From contig NC_057758.1 of assembly GCF_004010195.1 (NCBI RefSeq), positions 5,278,972-5,325,852 of the forward strand: a stretch of DNA of 46,881 nucleotides. Direction: 5' to 3'. Source of the DNA: Chiloscyllium plagiosum (Eukaryota). The notes beneath the pieces were generated by a model. It was not told where the DNA came from and made no database searches. It worked only from the letters and a program-made list of their open reading frames with translations. Each line of letters starts with the position of its first letter. The first letter of the stretch is position 1. Of the stretch, positions 33,230 to 45,605 are shown one piece after another. The position numbers and the translations under genes were made by a program.

Positions 33230-35100
33230 TTTCACAAGCGGGAGTACAGAGAGTGTCTTTTTGGAGCAACCAGGAAAGTAAATTAGTATTTAAACTACTG
33301 ATCTGGCGAATCAGCAGCACACACTTCACCAGTGGAGTGGGGAGAGCGTGAACCAGGGGGAAACTGGGAAGGTATATTAGAATATAAAATACTGATCTGT
33401 TGATTCAACAGACGTATTTCAGCTGTGGGAATGGGGAGAGCGTGAGCCAGGGCAGGTGGGAAGTTAGATTAGAATATAAATTACTTACCTCGCGAATCAG
33501 TGGAGCGAAGGCTGAACAGGAGCGACAGTGGATACAGGATTGTTAGGGAAAGTGAACTAATATATTCGCAGGTGGTGATGGAGTTACGTTCAAAGCTAAA
33601 AGGCAGGATGAGCAGAGTAGCAATGTCATCATTCCCAACGGTGTTACGAGCAAGTGAGGCTGGGGAAAAGAGAGAGAGTGCTGCTGAACACGTGACTGTA
33701 AGGCTGGTGTTAGGCGGAGGGCTTCAGATATGTGAATCACTGGGATATATTCTGAAGAATGCAGGAACTGTACAAGGTGGATTGATTGCACCAGAAGTAG
33801 AGAGGTACCAAGATCATGGGTGGGACGTTTGATCATGCTCTTCAAGAGGTTTTAAACTTGTTTTGCAGGAGGATGCGAACCGGAGGTAGTGGTTGCTTGT
33901 GAACACGCAGATAGAGCGTGCAGAGTCTGTGAAGAATGATAGATGGTTGACAGGGCAAAGTTAAAGTCAGTGTGATGGGTTAAAGCGTGTTTATTTTAAT
34001 GCCAAGAAGTATCGAGAATAAGAATGACGAATTCAAGCATGGATTAGTAGTTGGAGCTATGATGTTTTGGCTATTACGGAGACTTGGATATCACAGGGGC
34101 AGGAATGTTTTTTGGATGTTCCGGGGTTCAGATGATTCAAAAGAAATAGGAAGTTAAATAAAAGCGTTGTGGGAGTGGCATTTATAATCCGGGATAGTAT
34201 TCTCGGGAAGGGTTTTTCCACAGAGTCAGTATGGGTTGAAGTCAGAAACAGGAAAGGAGCAGTAACTTTATTCGGAGTTTTCAAAAGACCAATTCCCCTC
34301 CCCCACATCCCGCTTCCCCATTGCAAAAAAAAGACACAGAAGTGCAAACTGGGAGGCAGATTTTGGAAAAATGCTGAAGCAACAGCGTTGTTGTCATGGA
34401 TTACTTCAACATCCCTAATATTGGGTGGAATATCCTTAGTTCAAGTACTTTGAATAGAGCAGTTTCTTTACAGATGTGTCCAGGAACGATTCCTGATTCG
34501 ATATGTGGATTGGCCGACTAGAGGCAGACCACACCGGATTTGGTGCTTGACAATGAACCAGGCGAGATGTCAAATCTCTCGGTGGGGGAGCACTTCAGTA
34601 ATTGTGATCACAACTCCCTGACCTAAAGTATAAGCATGGACAGAGATAGGAGCAGATTGCATCGGAAAGTATTTAATTGTCGGATTCTCTCAATATGAAT
34701 ATATTCGGATGGATTAATTATTCACTAAAAGACAGTTAGCAGACTGAAGGATTTAATAGTTCATTCTTGTGTGGGAATGTATGCAATATGGAAGATGTAA
34801 AGATTATTGAAGATTGAACAGGCCCCCGCATGGCCAAGATCAGTATAAATGACATATGATGCGAAAACATGCAGTTATCCAATTTGTTGGAGAGATTGGT
34901 GTGCAGCATATTTCTTAAATCGTAAAATGTTGGAAACTACAGATGTTCATTAAACCCAAGGTGTCCTGGTCTATCAAGAACTGACATTACACTTACAGGT
35001 GCAGCAAGCTATTTTGGAAGCCAGGGGAATGATAACTTTTATTGTGAGAGGATTTAAATGCAAAATATCTTGCTGCAGTTGAATAGAAGCTTGACAAGGG
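33230..35100 (+). mobile_element. CR1 LINE 5' region (repetitive 5'UTR, ORF1 SGNH-esterase remnant, ORF2 endonuclease) plus RT fragments
   Basis: SRVAMSSFPTVLRASE (ORF1), LKRVYFNA, YDVLAITETW, GVAFIIRDS and TESVWVEVRNRKG (APE endonuclease). Confidence 0.8.
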
Positions 35101-36459
35101 GAAGAGCTGCACTCTGTTCATCCTATCCACACCCCTCATGCTCTCAAACACCTTGATCCAGAGCTCCTCCCAACCTTCTCTGCTTCAAACAAAATCCTTT
35201 TTTTATAGTTTGAGTACTCTCTTGTCGTGTTAATTAAGAAAAGCATTACCTGATATGTCATCAGTGTTGAGTTTCATCAGACATTAACGCGGCCCCCTGA
35301 AAAATCTGTTTATTTTCTCATGTAGCCTAACACTTTCCTCCTCACTGTGAACTTTCTAACTATTCTTTCTGTCATCCACAACATTGCTTACCATTCCCGC
35401 AAACTCCATCCCTCACGTTCATTTCCTTTTCATATATGAAGCTCACAAATAAGCCTTGGTTTTCTACCTGTTCATCAGATGTTATACATAGAAGAAGAAT
35501 TGAGAATCGTAGTTTCTTGTCTTTCCTATTGTGATGAACTGACAGCGTGATGCAGTTGAGGCCTTTTTATGAGGAAGTCACAATTTTACTTTGGACAGGA
35601 AGCTGAATTATCCTTTTATACTATGCTCCTCTATATGTTTTATTCGTAAGGCTTGCATGTAATTTACACTGAACTAGGTACAGGTGACTTGCACTGCAAA
35701 TTTTTTTTTATATATGGATCTGGATAATGATCTTTATAACATTCCCGGCAATAGTCAGAGCTGCAAGGAATTTTTCGTGAGCAGCATGGAAACAGACCCA
35801 TAAGGTTGTTTGGAAGAGGAGACTAATAAGAATAAAGGTTCAATTGAATTCTACATGATTGACATAGTGTCGGAGATCAATTCATATTCAAGTTTACCTT
35901 GAATTGGAAACAAATGATTAGAACATACGGCTCCAGGGATTGCAGGCATAGTTAAAGATTTGTTATAAGGTTTTCTAAACTTAATATAGTCATTATAGCT
36001 GACTTATATAAGATAATTGAACACGTTTTGTTTTATTAACATTTAACAACAACCACAAGATAACAAAAAGAAGCAAACAAAATCGAATTTTTTTTCCAAA
36101 TGACTTTTTTAACGAACTTTCTAAGGGTAGTCTAAAATGAAATTAGAAAAGTCTGTATGTGTTTTAAAAGTTCCATTTTTAAAATTAAACTGCAAAACTC
36201 TTTTTGTTTCGAAAAACCGAAGTTTCTTTTCTCAAATAAGAAGTTGTGCTTTCATTATGGATTCACATACTCAGCTCTGTGGGAGACATTTTTCTTCACG
36301 GAATTTATTGAAGAGGATTTTTTTTATTTAGTTAATTAGTTAAACGGTTGGTTTAATTTAATGATTATATGTATATGCATATATACTTGTAAATGCATCC
36401 CATTTCAACATGACATGTAATATTAGTAATAGTAACATATTAAAGCCACATATAAGGTA

Positions 36460-38300
36460 CAGAAAAGATGGCTGAAGGATTTAGAAAGTTGTTACGCAGC
36501 AAAAACAATCAGACAGATGGGAGATTCTCAGAAAAGTTAAGAAGGTCGTTGAAAAGTCTTCGGTGGCTACTCCTTTATCAAACAGATATTCCGTCTTTGC
36601 AACTGTTGAAGGTGGTAGTCCCTCTGAGGAAAATGGATTCGGCAACATTTGTTCGGCACTTGGAACGATTCTTATGTTCAGCAGCGTTTGGCAAGATTTA
36701 GTAGAAACGTTGCTACAGGGGAGTCTTCTGTCAGGGGTATCAATAGGACATTCTGGGGCAGTGAGCATAAATTTAGAATAGATTGCTGGTTTCCCGGTGC
36801 GAGGTTTAAGAACGTGTCCGAACGTTTCAAACATATTGGTAAAGGTGAGATCGTAAAGCCTGATCTTTTTTACACATTGGTCGGAATGACATGTTCAGGG
36901 AAAAGTGAAGGTGATAGATCAGAGGAAAAAGATTAAAGCAGTGAATCTAAGAGGTGAGGTATACGACTAAACAAAATTCTTAGTGAAGTCCTTTATTTCT
37001 GATTTACTCCCAATGCAAAACTCAACCGCGTGATGGAACAAAAGGTTATCGAAAAAAATCAACAGCTGAAAAGCTGATGTGTTGTTCAAGGATTTAGGGT
37101 TTTGGGAAATTGGGATGTCATTTGGAATAGAAAAGGCCTGTTCAAAAACGATTGCTCGAATCTAAACTGGAAAGCGACCAATATCTGAGCAGGAAGATTT
37201 GCTCACTCTAGTAGGGAGACTTTATATTGATAGGGAAGGCAAGTGCCCGTATTCTAATTGGCAGTATTAATGATAGGATTGGTGGAGAAGATTCTGAATG
37301 TTGAGAGTACGTCAATTAGAAAGTAAAGACGAGAGAGTCAGGGTATAGAGTAATTCTGGAGACCTAAACTACTTTTATTACAATGAAAGGGGTTTTACAG
37401 GGAAGGCTGATGAACTCAGGACTTGTTTAAAAACATGACATTGGGACACCATAGCAATCACAGAGATTTGTCTGCGAGATGTTCAAGAGTGGCAATCCAA
37501 TGTTCCAGGTGCTAGTTGTTATGAGAAGGATAGAAACGGATTAGTGGGTTGGGGGCTGGAGTTTTTGATTAAGGAATAAATTATTGCTATAACTAGGCAA
37601 GCTGTTGTTGAAAACTGGTTCAGTAAAAATATCAGGGTATAAAATAAAAATTAAGACGTAACGATCACTTTGCCATGTTTGGACTATATTCTCATTTCTG
37701 AAAAATAAACCGTCAGAAATTTAAAAAGAAGAAACTGAAGATCACATGGATGGGATTGTACTATATGCTCGCAACAGTAAGAAAGAAATTGAAAAACAAA
37801 TATGGAGGACGATCTCAGATATATGTCAGCATAATGAGGTTGTACTAATGGAGAAATTTAATTTCCTCAGCGTTGACTGGGACTAACAACATGCTAATGG
37901 TATGGATGATGAAGCATTTGATAAATGTGTTCAAGAACTTATTTCTTTATCATTATGTAAATGTTCCTCCGAGAAAAGGAACAAATTTCGATCTTCATTT
38001 GACAGTAAGGCTGGACGGGTGAGTTAAGTAAAAGTAGGGCAACACTCTGGATCTTGCGATCGTGATTCCATTAATTTGAAGATGGCTATTCAATTAATAA
38101 GCCTTTCATTAAACAAATGATTTTTATAATTGCTGTACAACAAATTTTAATGGCATGAGACAGGGTCAGTGAAGTGTTGATTGCAGTAGACTGTTCCCAG
38201 GGAAAAGGATCTCTGAAAAGTTAAAGGCGTTCAGCAGTGTGACGACGAGAGTACAGGGACATTATATTACTGGTAGAGGGAAGGGTAAGGCTGGAAAGAT
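36460..38300 (+). mobile_element. Second CR1 LINE 5' region (ORF1 and ORF2 endonuclease), decayed
   Basis: PLSNRYSVFATVEG and CWFPGARFKNVSER (ORF1); LLLFNERG..GKADELR, IAITEI and VVLMEKFNF (endonuclease). Confidence 0.8.
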
Positions 38301-38319
38301 TAAGGGTTTAGTTTAGAGT

Positions 38320-39290
38320 GATGCTGGAAAATCACAGCAGGTAGGCAGCACCTGAGGAGAAGGAAAACCAATGTTTTGGGCAAAGTCCATTCATCAGGAA
38401 TGGAGGCAGGGAGGCTACAGGGAGGAGAGACAAATGGAGCGGGGGGAGGGACTGTGGAGAAAGTAGCAAAGAGTATGTGAGGTGAATGGGGATGGGGATG
38501 GAGTTGATAGGACAGAGAGGAGGGTGGGGGAATTTAGCAAAAAATACAATTGGTGGATGGACGTNNNNNNNNNNNNNNNNNNNNNNNNNNNNNNNNNNNN
38601 NNNNNNNNNNNNNNNNNNNNNNNNNNNNNNNNNNNNNNNNNNNNNNNNNNNNNNTGGTGGGGGAGCGGCGGTGGAGAAGGCTCAGGATCTGCGTGTATTC
38701 GTTAGAGTGGGAGCGGGAGTTGAAATGTTGGGCCACAGGGTGGTGGGGTTGATTGGTGCGGGTGTCCCGGATATGTTCCCTGAATTGCTCTGTGAGGAGG
38801 CGTCCAGTATCCCCAATGTAGAGGAGACCACATCGGGAGCAATGGATACAATAAATGACATTGGCAGATGCGCAGGCTCTGAGAAAGCAAATGTGGCTGT
38901 TGTAGCGAGTCTGTTTCAGTACATGGTTGAAGAGCTTCAGGGCAGAGGAGATGACCTGGGGGTTGAAGTGAGAGACAGACACACTGAGGTTTTTGTGGAG
39001 AGAGGAGTACTTCTTCAGGGTAGGCACCCTTGCAAGAAGATTCGCAGTAAGGTTAAAATCAAGTAGGCAAAAGTGAGGTCTGCAGATGCTGGAACCAAGA
39101 GTTTCTGTTAGAGTAGTGCTGGAAAAGCACAGCAGGTAAGTCAGCATCCAAGGAGCAGAAAAATAGCCGATGATGGCAAAAAAAATCATTCAGCAGGAAT
39201 GGCGGCAGGGAGCCTCCAGAGTGAAGAGAAAATGGGGGTGGGGAGAAGGGAGCAAAACGTGCAATAGCTGAATGGATGTGCGGATGGAGT
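38320..39290 (-). mobile_element. RT-less mini-Penelope (N-terminus fused to GIY-YIG) bounded by tandem pLTRs
   Basis: ORF 38332-39189(-) reads ALKLFNHVLKQTRYNSHICFLRAC|ASANVIYCIHCSRCGLLYIGDTGR. pLTR-like blocks with decayed hammerheads at ~38365-38400 and ~39165-39200. Confidence 0.75.
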
Positions 39291-39916
39291 CCCTGCGCCA
39301 CACTCCATTTATCTCCTCCTCTCTCCACAAGAATGCCAGTGAGTCTCTCTCTCACAGTAACCCCCAGGTCATCTCCTCTGCCCTGAAGCTCTTCAACCAT
39401 GTACTTAAACAGACTCGCTACCACAAGCCACATTTGCTTCCTCAATGCCTGCGCATTCACCAATGTCATTTATTGTATCTGTTGCTCCAGATGCAGTCTC
39501 CTCGACATTGAGGAAACTGGGCGCTTCATCGCAAAAAAGTTTTAGGGAACATCTACGGGACACCCGCACAAATCAACCCCGCTGACCTGTAGCCCTACAT
39601 CTTAACTCCCCCTGCCACTCTATCGAGAACATGCAAGTCCTGGGCCTCATCCACCGACGCTCCTTCTCCACCCGAAGCCTGGAGAAAGAACGCCTCATCT
39701 TCCGCCTCGGAACACTTCAACCCCAAGGCATCAATGTGGAATCACCAGTTTCCTCATTTCCTCTCCCCAGTTCCAAACTTTCAGCTAAGCACTGTCCTCA
39801 GAGCCTATCCTCCGTGCTGATTTCACTTCCACCTCTCCGCTCCACCCACCCTTCTGACCTATAATCCTTATCCGCACCTCCATCCTCCAATTGTACTCTT
39901 TGCTAACTTCCCCCAC
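39290..39916 (+). mobile_element. Second mini-Penelope copy, in opposite orientation
   Basis: ALKLFNHVLKQTRY, HICFLNAC|AFTNVIYCICCSRC and ERLIFRLGTLQPQGIN; same internal junction as the minus-strand copy. Confidence 0.75.
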
Positions 39917-42900
39917 NNNNNNNNNNNNNNNNNNNNNNNNNNNNNNNNNNNNNNNNNNNNNNNNNNNNNNNNNNNNNNNNNNNNNNNNNNNNNNNNNNNN
40001 NNNNNNNNNNNNNNNNNNNNNNNNNNNNNNNNNNNNNNNNNNNNNNNNNNNNNNNNNNNNNNNNNNNNNNNNNNNNNNNNNNNNNNNNNNNNNNNNNNNN
40101 NNNNNNNNNNNNNNNNNNNNNNNNNNNNNNNNNNNNNNNNNNNNNNNNNNNNNNNNNNNNNNNNNNNNNNNNNNNNNNNNNNNNNNNNNNNNNNNNNNNN
40201 NNNNNNNNNNNNNNNNNNNNNNNNNNNNNNNNNNNNNNNNNNNNNNNNNNNNNNNNNNNNNNNNNNNNNNNNNNNNNNNNNNNNNNNNNNNNNNNNNNNN
40301 NNNNNNNNNNNNNNNNNNNNNNNNNNNNNNNNNNNNNNNNNNNNNNNNNNNNNNNNNNNNNNNNNNNNNNNNNNNNNNNNNNNNNNNNNNNNNNNNNNNN
40401 NNNNNNNNNNNNNNNNCAGTCTACTGCAATCAACATTTCACTCTCCCTGTCTCATGCCATTAAAATTTGTTGTACTGCAATTATAAAAATGGTTTGTTTA
40501 ATGAAAGGCTTATTAATTGAATAGCCATCTTCAAATTAATGGAATCACGATCGCAAGATCCAAAGTGTTGCCCTACTTTTACTTAACTCACCCGTCCAGC
40601 CTTACTGTCAAATGAAGATCGAAATTTGTTCCTTTTCTCGGAGGAACATTTACATAATGATAAAGAAATAAGTTCTTGAACACATTTATCAAATGCTTCA
40701 TCATCCATACCATTAGCATGTTGTTAGTCCCAGTCAACGCTGAGGAAATTAAATTTCTCCATTAGTATAACCTCATTATGCTCACATATATCTGAGATCG
40801 TCCTCCATATTTGTTTTTCAATTTCTTTCTTACTGTTGCGAGCATATAGTACAATCCCATCCATGTGATCTTCAGTTTCTTCTTTTTAAATTTCTGCCGG
40901 TATATTCCTCAGAAATGAGAATATAGTCCAAACATGGCAAAGTGATCGTTACTTCTTAATTTTTATTTTATACCCTGATATTTTTACTGGAACAGTTTTC
41001 AACAATAGCTTGCCTAGTTTTAGCAATAATTTATTCCTTAATCAAAAACTCCAGCCCCCAACCCATTAATCCGTTTCTTTCCTTCTCATAACAACTAGCA
41101 CCTGGAACATTGGATTGCCACTCTTGAACATCTCGCAGACAAATCTCTGTGATTGATATGGTGTCCCAATGTCATGTTTTTAAACAAGCCCTGAGTTCAT
41201 CAGCCTTCCCTGTAAAACCACTTTCATTGAAATAAAAGTAGTTTAGGTCTCCAGAATTACTCTATACCCTGTCTCACCCGTCTTTCCTTTCTAATTGACG
41301 TACTCTCCTTACATTCAGAATCTTCTCCACCAATCCTATCATTAATATTGCCACTTAGAATACGGACACTTGCCTTCCCCATCAATATAAAGTCTCCCTA
41401 CTAGAGTGAGCAAATCTTCCTGCTGAGATATTTGTCGCTTTCCAGTTTAGATTTGAGCAATCGTTTTTGAAAAGGCCTTTTCTATTCCATATGAAATCCC
41501 AATTTCCCAAAACCCTAAATACTTGAACAACACATCAGCTTTTCAGCAGTTGATTTTTCTCGAGAACCTTTTGTTCCATCCCGTGGTTGAGTTTTGTATT
41601 GGGAGTAAATCAGAAATAAAGGACTTCACTAAAAATTTTGTTTAGTCGTATACCTCACCTCTTAGATTCACTGATTTAATCTTTTCCCTCTGATCTATCA
41701 CCTTCACTTTTCTCTGAACATGACATTCCTACCAATATGTAAAAAAAGATCAGGCTTTACGATGTCACCTTTAGCAATATGTTTGAAACGTTCGGACACG
41801 TTCTTAAACCTCGCACCGGCAAACCAGCAATCTATTCTAAATTTATGCTCACTGCCCCAGAATGTCCTATTGATACCCCTAACAGAAGACTCCCCTGTAG
41901 CAACGTTTCTGCTAAATCTTGCCAAACGCTGCTGAACATAAGAATCGTTCCAAGTGTCGAACAAATGATGCCGAATCCATTTTCCTCAGAGGGACTACCA
42001 CCTTCAACAGTTGCAAAGACTGAATATCTGTTTGATAGAGGAGTAGCCACCGAAGGCTTTTCAACGACCTTCTTAACTTTTCTGAGAATCTCACATCTGT
42101 CTGATTGTTTTTGCTGCGTAACAACTTTCTAAGTCCTTCAGTCATCTTTTCTGTACCTTATATGTGGCTTTAATATGTTACTATAACTAATATTACATGT
42201 CATGTTGAAATGGGATGCATTTGCAAGTATATATGCATATACATATAATCATTAAATTAAACCAACCGTTTAGCTAATTAACTAAATAAAAAAAATCCTC
42301 TTCATTAAATTCCTTGAAGAAAAATGTCTCCTACAGAGCTGAGTATGTGTATCCATAATGAAAGCACAACTTCTCATTTGAGAAAAGAAACTTCGGTTTT
42401 CGAAACAAAAAGAGTTTTGCAGTTTAATTTAAAAAATGGAACTTTTAAAACACATACAGACTTTTCTAATTTCATTTTAGACCACCCTTAGAAAGTTCGT
42501 TAAAAAAGTCATTTGGAAAGAAAATCTCGATTTTGTTTGCTTCTTTTTGTTATCTTGTAGTTGTTGTTGAATGTTAATTATCTTATATAAGTAAGCTATA
42601 ATGACTATATTAAATTTAGAAAACCATATAACAAATCTTTAACTATGCCTGCAATCCCTGGAGCCGTATGTTCTCATCATGTGTTTCCAATTCAAGGTAA
42701 ACTTGAATATGAATTGATCTCCGACACTATGTCAATCATGTAGAATTCAATTGAACTATTATTCTTATTCGTCTCCTCTTCCAAACAAACTTATGGGTCT
42801 GTTTCCATCCTGCTCACGAAAAATTCCTTGCAGCTCTGACTATTGCCGGGAATGTTATGAAGATTATTATCCAGATCCATATAAAACAAAAAATTTGCAG

Positions 42901-45605
42901 TGCAAGTCACCTGTACCTAGTTCAGTGTAAATTTCATGCAAGCCTTACGAATAAAACATATAGAGGAGCATAGTATAAAAGGATAATTCAGCTTCATGTC
43001 CAAAGTAAAATTGTGACTTCCTCATAAAAAGGCCTCAACTGCATCACGCTGTCAGTTCATCACAATAGGAAAGACAAGAAACTGCGATTCTCAATTCTTC
43101 TTCTATGTATAACATCTGATGAACAGGTGGAAAACCAAGGCTTATTTGTGAGCTTCATAAATGATAAAGAAATGAACGTGAGGGATAGAGTTTGCGGGAA
43201 TGGTAAGCAATGTTGTGGATGACAGAAAGAATAGTTAGAAAGTTCACAGTGATGAGGAAAGTGTTAGGCTACATGGGGCCACGTTAATGTCTGATGAGAC
43301 TCAACACTGATGACATATCAGGTAATGCTTTTCTTAATTAACACGACAAGAGAGTACTCAAACTATAAAAAAAAGGATTTTGTTTGAAGCAGAGAAGGTT
43401 GGGAGGAGCTCTGGATCAAGGTGTTTGAGAGCATGAGGGGTGTGGATAGGATGAACAGAGTGCAGCTCTTCCCCTTGTCAAGCTTCTATTCAACTGCAGC
43501 AAGATATTTTGCATGTAAATCCTTTCACAACAAAAGTTATCGTTCCCCTGGCTTCCAAAACTGCACCTGTAAGTTTAATGTCAGCTCTTGATAGACCAGG
43601 ACACCTTGGGTTGAATGAACATCTGTAGTTTCCAACATTTTACGATGTAAGAAATATACTGCACACCAATCTCTCCAACAAATTGGATAACTGCATGTTT
43701 TCGCATCATATGTCATTTATACTGATCTTGGCCATGCGTGGGCCTGTTCAATCTTCAATAATCTTTACATCTTCCATATTGCACACATTCCCACACAAGA
43801 ATGACCTATTAAATCCTTCAGTCTGCTAACTGTCTTTTAGTGAATAATTAATCCATCCGAATATATGCTTATTGAGAGAATCCAACAATTAAATACTTTC
43901 CGATGCAATCTGCTCCTATCTCTGTCCATGCTTATACTTTAGGTCAGGGAGTTGTGATCACAATTACAGAAGTGTTCCCCCACCGAGAGATTTGACATCT
44001 CGCCTGGTTCATTGTCAAGCACCAAATCCGGTGTGGTCTGCCACATATCGAATCAGGAATCGTTCCTGGACACATCTGAAAAGAAACTGCTCTATTCAAA
44101 GTACTAGAACTAAGGAGATTCCACCCAATATTAGGGATGTTGAAGTAATCCATGACAACAACCCTATTGCTACAGCATTTTTCCCAAATCTGCCTCCCAG
44201 TTTGCACTTCTGTGTCTTTTTTTGCAATGGGGAAGCGGGATGTAGGGGAGGGGAATTGGTCTTTTGAAATCTCCGAATAAAGTTACTGCACCTTTCCTGT
44301 TTCTGACCTCAATCCATACTGACTCTGTGGAAAAACCCTTCCCGAAAATCTCTGTTTCTGCAGCTGTGATACTATTCCGGATTATAAATGCCACTCCCAC
44401 AACGCTTTTATTTAACTTCCTAATTCTTTTAAATCATCTGAACCCCGGAACATCCAACAAACATTCCTGCCCCTGTGATATCCAAGTCTCCGTAATAGAC
44501 AAAACATCATAGCTCCAACTATTAATCCATGCTCTGAGTTCGTCATCCTTATTCTAGATACTTCTTGGCATTAAAATAAACACGCTTTAACCCATTACAC
44601 TGACTTCAACTTTGGCCTGTCAACCATCTATCATTCTTCACAGACTCTACACGCTATATCTGCCTGTTCACAAGCAACCACTGCCTCCGGTTCGCATCCT
44701 CCTGCCAAACAAGTTTAAAACCTCTTGAAGAGCATGATCAAACGTCCCACCCAGGATCTTGGTACCTCTCTACTTCTGGTGCAAACAATCCACCTTGTAC
44801 AGTTCCTGCATTCTTTAGAATATATCCCAGTGATTCACATATCTGAAGTCCTCCGCCTAACACCAGCCTTACAGTCACGTGTTCAGCAGCACTCTCTCTC
44901 TTTTCCCCAGCCTCACTTGCTCGTAACACCGAAGGGAATGATGACATTGCTACTCTGCTCATCCTGCCTTTTAGCTTTGAACGTAACTCCATCACCACCT
45001 GCGAATATATTAGTTCACTTTCCCTACCAATCCTGTATCCACTGCCGCTCCTGTTCAGCCTTCGCTCCACTGATTCGCGAGGTAAGTAATTTATATTCTA
45101 ATCTAACTTCCCGCCTGCCCTGGCTCACGCTCTCCCCATTCCCACAGATGAAATACGTCTGTTGAATCAACAGATCAGCATTTTATATTCTAATATACAT
45201 TCCCAGTTTCCCCCTGGTTCACGCTCTCCCCACTCCACTGGTGAAGTGTGGGCTGCTGATTCGCCAGATCAGTAGTTTAAATACTAATTTACTTTCCTGG
45301 TTGCTCCAGAAAGACATTCTCTGTACTCCCGCTTGTGAAATGGAGGCTGCTGATTCACCTGGTCAGTATTTTGAGACCGTAAGACACAGGCTGGAGGACG
45401 TTTCAGCAATAGACAAGACTGTAGGTGCCAGTAGAGAATGCAAAGATAGTGAGTAATGCAGGTGCTGGAGGAGACGACTTAAAGTGGGGTGATACAGATG
45501 TTGGAGGAGGTTACTGAGATAGGGAAGGAAATACTTGGAGGTGATGATTGAGGTACTGAGGAGTGTCAGTGCTGGAGAAGGGTACAGAAATAGGAAGGTG
45601 TATAA

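Larger units (their letters stand above)
31684..38193 (+). repeat. Left arm of a large inverted segmental duplication
   Basis: Reverse complement of 40417-46881 throughout. Paired ORFs include 33114-33329 with 45241-45456, 33500-33832 with 44738-45070, and 36481-36834 with 41779-42132. Confidence 0.95.
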
